Assembly: GCF_009834535.1 (NCBI RefSeq)
Contig: NC_045696.1
Coordinates: 65,908,001 to 65,972,000, forward strand
DNA length: 64,000 nucleotides
Source of the DNA: Camelus ferus
Lineage: Eukaryota
Direction: 5' to 3'
Below are positions 39,922-52,223 of the stretch, one piece after another. Below the pieces are notes generated by a model. It worked only from the letters and a program-made list of their open reading frames with translations. It was not told the DNA's origin and did no database searches. A program made the translations under genes and the position numbers. Positions within the stretch are counted from its first letter, which is position 1, and every line of letters begins with the position of its first letter.

Positions 39922-40294
39922 AAGAATAATTACTAGTAAACTTTTTTAAAAGATGCAAGTTCTGCGACTTGGAACTTGAGTTTTTGCCAGTTTTGTTCTA
40001 GGACAATAAACCATTTTTTTTAAAAGAGATAGGTCAATTTGCTTGCTTGTTTTTTGGTGACTTCTTGCCTATAAATGAAGCTATGGAAGTTGACTCTAAG
40101 TTTATTGGCTATGATTTGGTCAGGCAGTGCTAATATCTACCTGTTCCAGAGGTGGCAGGCAGCAGGAAAGCTGGTTGGATGAAGCAAAAACAGATTATCA
40201 GCACTGTCTTCATCACAGTCCTCTTTTTCTAAAGTCACAGAGGATTTTGTAGTTTTACTTTATTGCTGGCATGGTCCTTTACTCATATTCCAAT
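39922..40294 (+). repeat. Local direct duplication, copy 2 (in or near the GMNC 3' UTR)
   Basis: Near-identical to 24722-25092, same orientation, offset 15,200-15,202 bp. Confidence 0.95.
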
Positions 40295-40869
40295 TGGGAA
40301 ACCTTACTTATGAAAGTGACATTTAATGAATGGGGTTGTTTAATACTGCAGTGATGCTAAACTACAATTTTGAAAATTTTGAAGAAAAGAAACTATGTGA
40401 ATCAATGGAAAGAATTGCTCTACTTGATCTATTTCAAGAAAACAATTTAAAAAAAAAACTGTGACAAATGAACAACCAATCTACGAAAGTATAGGGTTAA
40501 TACATCTGTGATAATTTTTTGATAAATTTGCTTCTTGCCTATAAAGTTAAGATACACAATTTACATTTGTTTCAGTTTACCAAAAGAGTCACATAAGGTA
40601 AATATTAAATGCACCATTAATTTTTTTTACTAAACCAAATAAAATTGATTTATAAGCTGCAAATATATATTTCTTAACATATTTGTCATATTTTATCTAC
40701 ATTTTTTGTTACATGAACATAACTAGACATCCAGTTATAATTCTTACATTGGATATTCTATAAATGTAAAATATAATTTAACACTTAATATTTTAAATGA
40801 TTATGATTTGTCTATGATTTAAAATATTTCTAATTGTATATGAGTCAATTTTGTAATGAATTTATATCT

Positions 40870-40883
40870 AATAAATAAATAAA
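40870..40883 (+). terminator. Candidate distal polyadenylation signal (AATAAATAAATAAA)
   Basis: Three overlapping AATAAA, preceded by an AU-rich region with TGTA motifs and followed by T-rich sequence. Confidence 0.5.
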
Positions 40884-41114
40884 TGACAAAAACATTTAAT
40901 CCTACTTGTTCATGGCCTTCTTTTAGAAACCTTTTCAGTGAATGGAGCAATAGATTAAGAAAATGTGTTCTCTACTCATTTCTGCCATGAATTTTAAGTC
41001 ATAAAAATATATGTATTTGAATCTCCAAATAGTGGTATGATCAGTAAGTGAGACACTTATTCAACAGATATATTCTGTGCCACACTCTGCAGAAGATATA
41101 AAGATGAAATATGT

Positions 41115-41280
41115 TCTCAAAGTAACTTGGCTATAAATCGAAGAAAATAACTTAAACGTGCTTAGTCAAAGCAAGGGAATAATTAGCACTCATAATTGAA
41201 AAGTTTGTGCTTCAGATATGGCTGGATCTAGGTGCTCAAGCAAAATTGTCAGGAATGTGGCTTGGGATCTCAAGGAAAGC
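41115..41280. mobile_element. Old MaLR (MLT1J/K-like) LTR fragment
   Basis: ctcataattgaaaagt...gcttcagatatggctggatctaggtgctcaa. Confidence 0.5.
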
Positions 41281-44200
41281 TAATTATTAGGAGTGGATTC
41301 TGGAACGGTGTTAAGATAGTCCTCACCACACAAAAGTGTGACAGCAGCCAGGATGAGACAGGCAATATGAGCTTGCAGAGCAGCAAGCTATATCCCATGA
41401 GATACTGTCTAGATTTGTGACATTCTCCTTACCCTTCACCTTGTAACACCACCCTCCCAAATGAATAAAGCCTCAGTTATATGCTCCAGACTGGTCTCAG
41501 TTATACCATAGGAGATTATGAAAGTATTTTGGTGCCTGCACATGAAAATTGTGAGCAGATTTTCCCTGAGGCCACTATACTAGCCATGCACTTATCCCTA
41601 AGGGGAAGATTAATATCAAGAGAAATGGTTTGAGACTTGCATGTCAGGCCAATAACCCATTGTTACACGGGTTACCAGTAATGGATAATCTGGATTTTAT
41701 TTAGTCTCCTTGCAGGGATTTTCTTTTTTCTTGGCGAGAAATACCCCTAAACCTCACTCACTCTAAGTAACCCTTGAAGATGGATGTCGCAAGTACAGGT
41801 TATTAGAAATATCTTGATTCCCATTTTACAGATGAGAAAACTGGTTCTAAATGTTTTCTGGATCACATTGCAGTAAGTAGTTGAGACCCAAGGCACTGAC
41901 TTTACACCTAGTTCTTTTTTTTGTTATAAAACACAATGATGATTTTTGGGACCAGTAAATGTATTTGCAGTCTGAAGTCTGTTACAGACTCTTACAAGCC
42001 TCAGAGCTAGAGGGGGTTTTAAATCTTTGCTTACATTCATCAGATGGCTATTCTGGGGTCCACACGCTCTTAATCCCATCATTGCTAAAAGGGATTGTTC
42101 AAAAAAGACCTAATTCATCCTCCATCATTTCAAAAAAAAGGAAGTATACGAATTGAAAACTACTGTAGAAATTTGGGGTAACGAGACTAGGATGGAAAAG
42201 TTAGCCAACTCACAGTGAAAATATTAATATGCTTTATTAATGTTATTAATATTAATAACAAAAGAAAGCTAAATTAAAAGGGAAATAAATCTCTCTTCTG
42301 CTGCTAGTTCAAAAGCCTGAAGTAGCAGTTTATAAACAATGCTCATGAAGCCTCTTTCTCCCTCTCTTTATACAGGAAATCAACAGATTTCATACCTGCT
42401 GAAGTGATGTCATTATTCCCATTCCTGTCAATCATTTTAAGTATAATTCTAAGGGACAGTAAAATAGTTGAGGAAGTGTATTTATAACACTGAGCCCACT
42501 TCTTCTAACACACAGAAAGCATTCTGCTCCCTCACTTTGGAAATCAGGGGTTAAATGATACTTTTTCAAAGGCACAGCAGATTTTTTTTTTCTCGTCTCT
42601 TTTCCACATTTATAATCTGAAATAATAAGGCATAAAAACGGGTGTTTCAAGGTAATTTCTTATTTCAAGAGAGTCCTTAGTACTCAATGGGTGGTCCCTC
42701 TGGGATGAGGCCCACGATCTCAGATCCACAATCAGGAGAATTCTAAAGGTAATGTTCCCTCAGGGTCTTCTGGTTGCTCTGAAGCTGAGAGCAGGAGCAG
42801 CTCTTTAATGAGTATGAAGTAAGAAGTCAGAACCCCTTGCTACAATCAGGCAAAAGGCCAAGACACACCCTCCTTTCATTTTGGTCTCCTGAGATTTGCC
42901 ACCTCACAGGAGCCAGAGAGTCATTCTTCGTCCATCCGTAACACACAGGGGAATCAATGCGGGTGGAACCTGCAAGCGGCATCTGCGCAGTGCAGTCCAC
43001 GGCCCCATCCACTGGTAGAGCTGTGTGTACATCCTGGGACTCCCAGCCTCCTTTGGGAGTGGAGCACCGTATTGCCAGAGGCTTGGCCTTGCCTTCTTTT
43101 GATTTTAAGGATCATAAGTAGTCATCCTAGCCCATCCTCTTGTCCTCACACAAAATTTCTACAATAGTTTTAATTAATATGCTTTCTTTTGAAATGATCA
43201 AGGATGGATTAGGTTTCTTATGAGCTATCCTGTTACCAAAAAAGGAAGAAAAAAGGCTGGACACCCAGAGTAGCCCTCTGATAGATGTAAATATAATCCC
43301 TCCGATGTCCTTGGAATGGGCTTCTAGAAGAAGACTGGAATGGGCAATTATTAGCATTTATTCACATCAGTAGATCAGAATACTGACAAAAGAATCACAT
43401 TTCCCTTCCCTACAGGTCAGTGACATTATGGAAGAAGAAAGGACTCTCGTCAGCAAATTGAGCTTCTTCACTTTTAACTGTGACACCTCAGGAATTAATT
43501 GAGACTTCCTCAACCTTGGGGTGTTCGCCTATAAAATGGAGGTAATATTTGCTCTATCTCATAATTTGTGAGATAATCTCCTAATTTTTAAGGACCATGT
43601 GTAAGTTAAGAGTCTCATTTATCACAATCTTCACACAGAGTAAACGTCCATTTAATTTAATTCTTGAGTGAAAAATCACTTCTTAAAACTAGTTATTCAT
43701 ATTTCTGTTGACTCAAATCAATAAATGCTCTTTGTTTTCCTACCATGCTCAAAGTATAGTTTTATGTTCTAGGGACTGTGGCCCATGTCTTAAAAGAGTT
43801 TACAAGTTGGTGAGTGGAGAGAAACTAGGAAAGGATGCATTGAAGACCCGATGAGACATCCGTTAGACATAAAGTTAGAATTGCTTCCATAGATGCAAAG
43901 GTAGGAGGGATGGAAGAGAGAAGAAAAACTCAACAGGGCGAAGTGTGAGGCCTGTTCAAGGAATGTTTATTGGTACAGGTAGTTTTAGGACAGATTCTTT
44001 TTTTTAATAAAATAATCCATTCTTGAAATCCAGCAGAAATTTTTGTGCAATGAGACATACTACAGACTCTGCAAATATATTATTAGTTATAGAAAAGAGT
44101 TGCCAAATACAGAACACCCCAAAAGTGAAGGTGATAACTTAGAAATGTTTTTTGCATCCTTAAAACAATTCAGTCATCATCTTCCATGACTAGTTACATC

Positions 44201-47200
44201 GGTACTTATATAGTAACCCTTAAAAAGAGTCCAACTTTTGTAGATTTCTTGTAATGCTCTCAGTTTCCCAAGACGGTCGCCAAAGCCTTTGAAGACAAAA
44301 GTATGGGGATTTAGATAGTGTAAATTACCAGTTCTTCTTGTTTCATATCCATCAGCTTTTGTTTTAAAATCTTAGGGTTTTTTCTAAAAAATGCTATTCT
44401 AATGTTTCTTTGAAGATCTTACATGTACTGTACAGAGAGCACAAGGAGTAAGGAGAGTATATGGTAGTCATCATCATTTAAACAAAATATCAAATAGCCC
44501 ATGAGAAGAGTGATTACCCCAATGACTATCCCATTAGAAGAAGGGTGAGAAAATTTCCCCCTTGGAGCCCAATGGAGTTATGCAAGAGAATCGTGTAATC
44601 AGGAGAGATGGCAAGAAAGGTAATGTTAAATTTTGTTCCTCTGATAGACACTAGTTGTGTCAGTATGATATCGGATGTCAGGGCAGCCAAAGAGGAGGCA
44701 TCAGAGTGACTTGGACTCCCAATTTTGTTCATGGAAAGGAGATTCCTGTAGTTGATCAAACCCTGCAGAAGTTGCTGGGTTTGAAACATTTTCACTTTAC
44801 CATGTCCATCTCCCAAGCAATGGACATAAGAAGCAAGAGACTCTAGGGTAGACATCTGGGGGTGTGAGCTGAAGTTAGGGGAAGGGGACTGTTACAAGTG
44901 GTTGAGCCAAAGCTGCTTAGAAGTTCTTCTATCCTAGAAAGACCCTACAAATGTATCCCATTGGAACATGGTCATACAATGTATTGTCCAGGCTGTGACT
45001 TTTTTAGAGTGACAAATACTAAACTGGGAGAAATAATGGGACACTAGGTGTAACTGTAGCCTATGGCAACCTAACTAGACTTATGTCCAAAATATACAGA
45101 AAAATCAGTATTTCGCTGTCTGCCATGTACAGGACAACAACAGCCAGCCACATTATCCAAGAAAGCAGCAACTATGAATAATACTAGGCTAAACCTCTGC
45201 TAGTTAAGTAGGTATGTACCCAAATTAAGGAGAGTGAAGCCAGTGGTAGGTCAAGAGTGGAACTCCTTTCTAAAGTGCCCTGAACCATGAGGTTAACCTG
45301 CATTGGGGGAGAAGGACCAGTTATAAGATTATCAATTCATTCAATTGTAAGATTAAAGTTTCAAACTCATCTGGACCAGGCTTCATGACAGAAATGACTA
45401 AAAATTTATGAGATTTACCCCAAAATGGGAAAGGTAATTCAGCACAGCATGGCTGAAATCAGCAAACAAACAAACCAAAAAATAACCCAGTTCATCTTAA
45501 TACTTCAATGAGATGATATCTCTTAATAAACCATTTGCAAGTGGTTGTAAAGAGTGAAAAACAAGTTGAGCAGAGAAATAGAATATATTTCTTTGAAATG
45601 AATGAGAGTTCATTTGTAGCTGGTAATCAAAATGTGTAGTAAAATGAATTTAAGTTACTATATATCTTGTTATATGTAAGTTATTATATATAATGTATTT
45701 GCAGCATCATAACCTCTTTCTTCATGAAACACTAACATATTTCAAGTTATTTAATTTTTTGTACAATATGACTTTCAATTAAAGTAAAAGCAGCCCATTT
45801 CTATAATACACAATGATCAAAAATCCATGCTCACATGTGTGTAGATAAGCAAAATGTTGTCTGGACACAACTTTTTCAAGGGAAGGAGTCAAGTTTACTT
45901 TGCTGTGGAGGAGGGAGCTTGGGACACAATTTTGTTCCTGAATTGGAAGAAAAAACAGGCCAAAACCTTTGTTATTTATGTCTTAGCCATTCATCTTACT
46001 CTTTTAACATGCATCTGCTCTCTGAGGTCACATATTGTAACAAATACCTGATCATCTGCTTTGCCTGTCTTTTCCCCCTTCTCCTTTCTGTTCCAGCTTG
46101 CCTGTGATCAGTCTTACTACCCTGCCTAGGAAGTAATTTTCTCTCCATGTCAATCTTACTATCTTTTTGTGATATTATTTTCAATGTCAAAGTTGAATTT
46201 TAACACCTTTTCCCCTTTGCATTACTACTGTGATAATTTTAACCCTCTACCAAGTCAGAGACAGATGGTGTAAAATAAGAAAGAAAGAGCATATTGTTCT
46301 CTATAAATAATACTAATTTCATTAAATATGAAAGAACCAAGAAAGTATTCCTCTTCTCACTGTCTGGCCCATTGATTTTTATAATCTGATCAATAGGCTT
46401 GGAAATCTACTACAATCAACACTGCGGAATATTGAAATATTGGATGACTTTTTAACATTGAGTCTCTAATTCTACAAAGGCCAGTTAAAGCAATCTTCAC
46501 AATGTGTCTAGATTCATTTAAAACTTAAGAATATCAATTAAGTTTAAAAAAAAACTTATTTTTCCACAATTTAGAATAGATTACCACCTTTCATTTACCA
46601 GCTGTATGGATTTAGGCATATTACTTAACCTCTGTAGGATTTTGCCTGATTTGTAATGCTGGCAAAATAATAGTGCCTAACTCAAGTTTTGAGGCAGAGA
46701 TTAAGTAAGTGATACTCAGATACTTAGACTTGTTTCTGACTGTACGGTCAGGCCACTCACAACGGCAGTTCTCTTGCTCTTTCTACATCCTCTGCTCGAC
46801 TAGTGTCTTTTTCACCTACAGCCTACTCACGTGACGACCTTCCTACATACTTGCCCCAGCCCCAGCTAGTGATTGTTCTTATCAAAGGGACGAGGAGGAG
46901 GGTGCCTCTCTGTTGGTTTCCCTGGTAACCAATGAGCCAACCTGACCTTGGTTCCCCCTTTAACTGCTAACCTCCTCCTGCTCTTGGGAGTGAAGGCTGC
47001 TGCTGTGTCCTGCCCTGGCATCCGCCGCACACGGTGGGGTGCTGCTCCAGGACCTTGCTTCAGATACGGAAACTTCCCCACCCACTAAACCACTGATGTC
47101 TCTGTTGCTGACTTTGGGCTCTCTTTTTGGTCTTGCAGGTCTGCGTGGTGCAGCCCAACACTGACACATAGTAAGCACACATATATAAATAATAATTATG

Positions 47201-48916
47201 TTATCACCATTATCACTATCATCATAAACAAAAGCATCAGCATAGAATATGAAAGCTTGGAAGTACAGTTTATGAGATCTAGAAGAGATTTCTAAAACCA
47301 TCTCTAACAATTGTACATAGCTCTTGTAACAAGTACAAACAGAAAGTAGACAGCTTAGAAGGGAACAAAGACTCTGAGTGGGAAGAATGGTCAATTAACC
47401 TTGAGTCTCCCTCACAGTATTATTATGCTCTCAGGTTGGCTTCTACCTCTGTTTTACCTCTGCCATCAATATATGTTGAACCCGTAAGGAATGTTATGTA
47501 TTCAAATCCATGGTCTCTGTCAAGGCTCCTGCTTTATTGTGAGGGCAAGCTAATGATGTATTTTTACAAAACATTCGTATATTTTTTTAATCACCCATGC
47601 TTATGGGAGAAATATTAGAAAACAAAAATAAGCAAAAGGAACAATCATAACTCTGCAACTACTGCATATATGTCTGCATACACACTTCTCATCTTCTACA
47701 ACAAATGTGTATTTTTACAAAAAATCAAACTATTGCGTTTTTTTCTTTTTATCATGTAAATTTTTATTCTTAAAGAATAACTTAAGTAGAGGTCTTTGTC
47801 TATATATAAAGGGAGGTAGGAATTTTGAATGAGATGATTTTTATGTTTTTGTAAGCTCAAGGGTGATACGATTTTTTTTAAAGGATGTTTATTAAGGTAA
47901 AAATTCTCGAAGACTTTAATGGATACTTACAAAATGATTATAGTTGGCTATTGCACCCCTTTGCCAATTACTGTTGAATATATATTTGTTGGTACAGAAA
48001 AACAATGATTGTCCTGTTGTATCCAAGTTGTGCAAATATGCAAAAATGTTCTTCATCTCATTGCTCTGACCAAGGTGCTGAAATTGGCCCCTGAAACTCC
48101 ATCCCAACCATCACAAATCATAAGAAAGTGATAATTGTTTTCCATTGTATTTCTAATCACATCCAAATGAACTATATATCAAGGTACTTTAATTCTTAAC
48201 ATCACCTCCGGCTTTCCAAAGAACATCAGGCTACTGTAAACAAAGTTATAGTTGGAGATTAAAATAAAAGCCATGTTACAGCTCATTTAAAATATTAAAT
48301 GTCAGGAAAACAAGTAAACTCTTATGACATATTTAAGAGGCCATAACACAAACACACTCAACAGAAATTACAGAAAGATATTTTTAGACTATAAATTAGA
48401 ATTATTCTAATCAATGTCATTATTAAATAAGGCAGTGAATTTATGAAAATATGTTGCAATTTCTCATTTTCATCACTGAATTTAGGTATAAAATTTTGGC
48501 AAGAGGCAAGAATCCACTTCTGTGCCAATGTTTTTCCTCTCCCTGAAATTTCCTTTCTCTCAGTTTCCGTTGAAAACTTCTATTTCTAAAGTCTCCCCTC
48601 ATTATTTATGTGGTTTACCATATAAGTGTCATTACAATTGACATATATATCTTAAGGGAGATAAATCAGTTCCATGGCTAGTTATTCAGTTATTATATTG
48701 TCAACAACTATCTGTATCTCATTCACTCAGTAAAAATCACTTAGTAACCACCATGTACCAGTCTATGCTTTGAGGAGAAAAGGAAGAACAATGATCATAG
48801 AGTATAAGACAAATACAAATATGTATGATACACATGTTTCTGAATGGTACATTTCAGAAGAAAATAAAAACAAAAATAATGATGTGTGAGGGAGTGTTCT
48901 AATTTCACACATCACT

Positions 48917-49325
48917 GATGGACCTGGAGATCATCATTCTAAGTGAAGTAAGCCAGAAAGAGAAAGAAAAATACCATATGGTATCACTTATATGTGGAAT
49001 CTAAAAATTCCCACAAGTGAATTTATTTACAAAACAGAAACAGACTCACAGACATAGAAAATAAACTTGTGGTTACCAGAGTGAGTGGGGAGGGATAAAT
49101 TGGGAGGTTGGGATTTGCAGATACTAACTACTATATATAAAATAGATAAACAACAAGGTCCTGCTGTATGGCACAGGGAACTACATTTAATACCTTGTAA
49201 TGGCCTATAATGAAAAATAATATGAAAAGGAATATATATATATAGTATAAATAAGTCACTGTGCTGTACACCAGAAACCAACACAACATTGTAAATTGAC
49301 TACTCCTCAATTAAAAAATTAAAAA
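48917..49325 (+). mobile_element. L1 3' end (family related to the intron-4 copy)
   Basis: atggacctggagatcatcattctaagtgaagtaagccaga...aaacagactcacagacatagaaaa...gcacagggaactac...ctcaattaaaaa. Confidence 0.9.
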
Positions 49326-52144
49326 CTTTTGATGTGGAAACTAAATGTAGAAAGATTAATTCCAGCTTGGAAGAGGCAGTTAGTGAAAGAGTGTGAATTA
49401 GGACTGAGGACTAAGGAAGTGACCTTTGACTAATGGAAGCTGGAAGAAGATCCGGCAGAAGCTCTGTATTGGTCTCCATTGATGGAAGATTGATATTAAG
49501 CAACAGCTAGAGCTAGATCAGATTTGTGTTGTTGAAGACCATGTTGGTGGGTCTGTGTATGCATTGCCCCCATCTCCACCATCAAGGCTGCTCTGCTTGT
49601 CAGTCTATTGTGCTGCTTTGAAGTGTCATTTGAATCTCTCCTATGGTTAGATTTTTCTCTGGTGGGCACTGATTTGTAATGAAAAGATCTTCACATTCAT
49701 GTCTACTCCTATAAAGAGTTTTTTGGTGAGTGATCTTGACCAGGAGTAGGGCTGGGGGACAGATTTAGAAATTTCTACTTTACCTTCCCCGTTTCAACAG
49801 CTCTGGTCCCACAAGCCAAGAAGCCAATATGGGGTCTTTTCAACAACCAAATACGTCCATTTTAATTTGTATTCAAGGATCAGAAAAATAACTTCTGGGA
49901 TGTTTGCAGACCCAGTGGGTCCAATGTCATCTGCACCTAGGCCAGAATTCCATATACTATCAGGTCCTCATATGCACCCACTCTAGCAGCAAGATCATAA
50001 TAATGGTTCGGACCCTCAAATGTTAATATCAACTTAAATTCTGTTGCACAGCCCTCAAAATGTCAAAGCATTCGCATTTTCACAGTGTATGGTTATCTGA
50101 TTAAATAGCCAAAAGTCATTTGGGAAATTAGAGAAATCATCTCTCTACATGCCATTATGTCCAAAGTTATTCCTCATGGGGAACTTAGACTCTCTATTAA
50201 TCAATGGATTAATTAATAGAGTTTGAGAACTGGCTCAAAGGTGGAAACTAGACAATGGAATGGAATATTTTATTGGAGTGGTTGCTTGTACTCTAACTGG
50301 CTGACGATCTATCTTTCCCAACTGTGTCTTTTGAATCATCTCCATAGTTCTTGGGCTGCACAATGACATTAACACTCATTACCATAATGACTTCAAACTT
50401 GCTGTCATATGGCCTCTCTTAGTTTAGGATCTGATTATGCCCCAACTATCAGTAAGCCCAGTTCTTAGCATTTCCTATCATCTGCTTTGGACTCGAGAGG
50501 ATAGCCAACATTGAGCTTTTCAAACATGCTAATTCCTCTCTCGTCAGTGCTTTGCTAATCACTTTGGTAAACAGAGTCATGGGGGCTCTCTTTTGTAACA
50601 TAATCAGCTACTGTGTTTTCTGGCCTCACTTAGTAAATCCACTCTAGCAATCCACTCCAGCATGCCCACTTCGCTAAGCATTCCTCTGCCTTCTGCTTTA
50701 GTATTTCTGGCATTTCTACTTCTCTTAGGTATGGGCCATTATTTTCCTCTAGCTTCCAATAGCCATTTTAACAGCGTGTCAGTGCCATAATTCAGGGTTC
50801 TTCCTAAGTCTTATATCACCTATCCTTGTAAAATTTCTGTCCTTCTGTGACCCAACACTTTTAGGACCTATTTGACTACGTTTACCCAGGGTATTTCCTT
50901 ATGCATATTTTAAGAGAAGAAGTGAGGCAACCAAAGCATAGAAAGGGGGTTTAAAAATGATAATTATCTGTCAAGAATTAATGCATACTTATTGGAATAC
51001 TAAGTTAATTTGATGTTTCCTATTTACATATGTCCTTATCCTTATTGGATGTGGATAAAAGAAACTTGGCCTCATTTTTTTCAATGGATCATCACTTCCA
51101 ATGCACATTCACACATATGTATATACTCACACCTTCTCTCTAATGCTGGACCAAGGAGTTTAGACAACAGGCTTAAACTAGGTCAGAGGATAAGAGGGAG
51201 AAGAGTTCCAGTCTTTTAATGTTTGAGTGACCCCAGTTATGCATGAACAAGAAGACTGAACTCAACTTGCCAAGTAGGTTAGCAGACAGTACTGTGAAAG
51301 ATCAGGACAATCTGGTCATGGATCACCTTTTCCAACACTGGTTCATTAACTTCCATTTTAGTTCGTGAACATTACCCATTATATCAAGTCTGGGTTATCT
51401 AAGATGAAACAGTCCCATGCTGCCTGAAATAAAGTGGGTGGAGGATGACAGAGAAATTGATATTTCAGGATTGGAACTCTTTGGGACCTAATTTACCAAG
51501 GCCAAGTTAGAGCATCGCAAAGTCATATAGTCACAAAATAAAAACAATAATTATTGCACAGATGAGAAACATTGACGATTTGAAAACAACTTTTAAATAT
51601 GAAATAAGCAAAATTGATTGTGACTAGGTATTTTAAAAGAAAATACTAAAAGAATGACTACTAATTCATAATCTCTTCTGAGATAATCTAAGCTTACTTT
51701 TTATGATTATCAGAGTTCAGGAGTTTCACATTACTGCTGACACCATGGACAAAATACTGTATTTTAATGAAATCTAAGTATGTAAGTGTATATTTTTCTT
51801 TCATAACTGGACATTTTATCCATCGTATTTATTTATGTAGGTGCAGTCTTCTCCCTATGCCTTCCTCATCTCCACATTTTGAGGAAAAAGGTATCTCCTC
51901 AGCATAAACCTCTCTCCAAAAATATTTTTCTTCACATGTTTAGCTGAAAGAATTAGTCCTTATAAAGGTTTGATAAGGACACTTGAAAGTAGAACATTTG
52001 TTTCATTAAATGAAGAAAAGGGAAGAGTGCTTTGGAAACCTCTTAATTAATTTCATTTAAATGGATCCATTAAAGGAAGAATAATCATGAAAAATATGGC
52101 GAGGCTGGCATAACTAAGATTGCTCCCTTAAGCGGGACCATATA

Positions 52145-52223
52145 TTAGGTTGACCCATTTGAAATTTCCATTTTTATAGGACAAATATGATCTAATATTG
52201 GCAATTTTATATAATTTAGTCTA
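52145..52223. mobile_element. MADE2-like mariner MITE (~80 bp)
   Basis: ttaggttgacccatttgaaatttcc...ggcaattttatataatttagtcta: imperfect terminal inverted repeats flanked by TA. Confidence 0.6.

Larger units (their letters stand above)
37098..40900 (+). other. GMNC: Probable long GMNC 3' UTR
   Basis: Follows the stop codon; AT-rich and repeat-poor; ends at a triple overlapping AATAAA at 40870-40883. Earlier AATAAA hexamers (about 38070, 39537, 40005, 40638) could be used instead. Confidence 0.5.

Noticed and set aside
44500..45400. Possible ancient retroviral/Gypsy internal remnant (LIDTS resembling protease LxDTG near 44640)
   Set aside because: Single degenerate motif; needs a Dfam or tBLASTn search to support.
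46960..47394. 144-aa minus-strand ORF
   Set aside because: Non-ATG start and no homology recognised; the region is better explained as regulatory or repeat-derived.
49700..50900. Possible ERVL-like pol remnant on the minus strand (DDIGP resembling integrase DYIGP near 49920)
   Set aside because: I could not extend the similarity by eye; unresolved.
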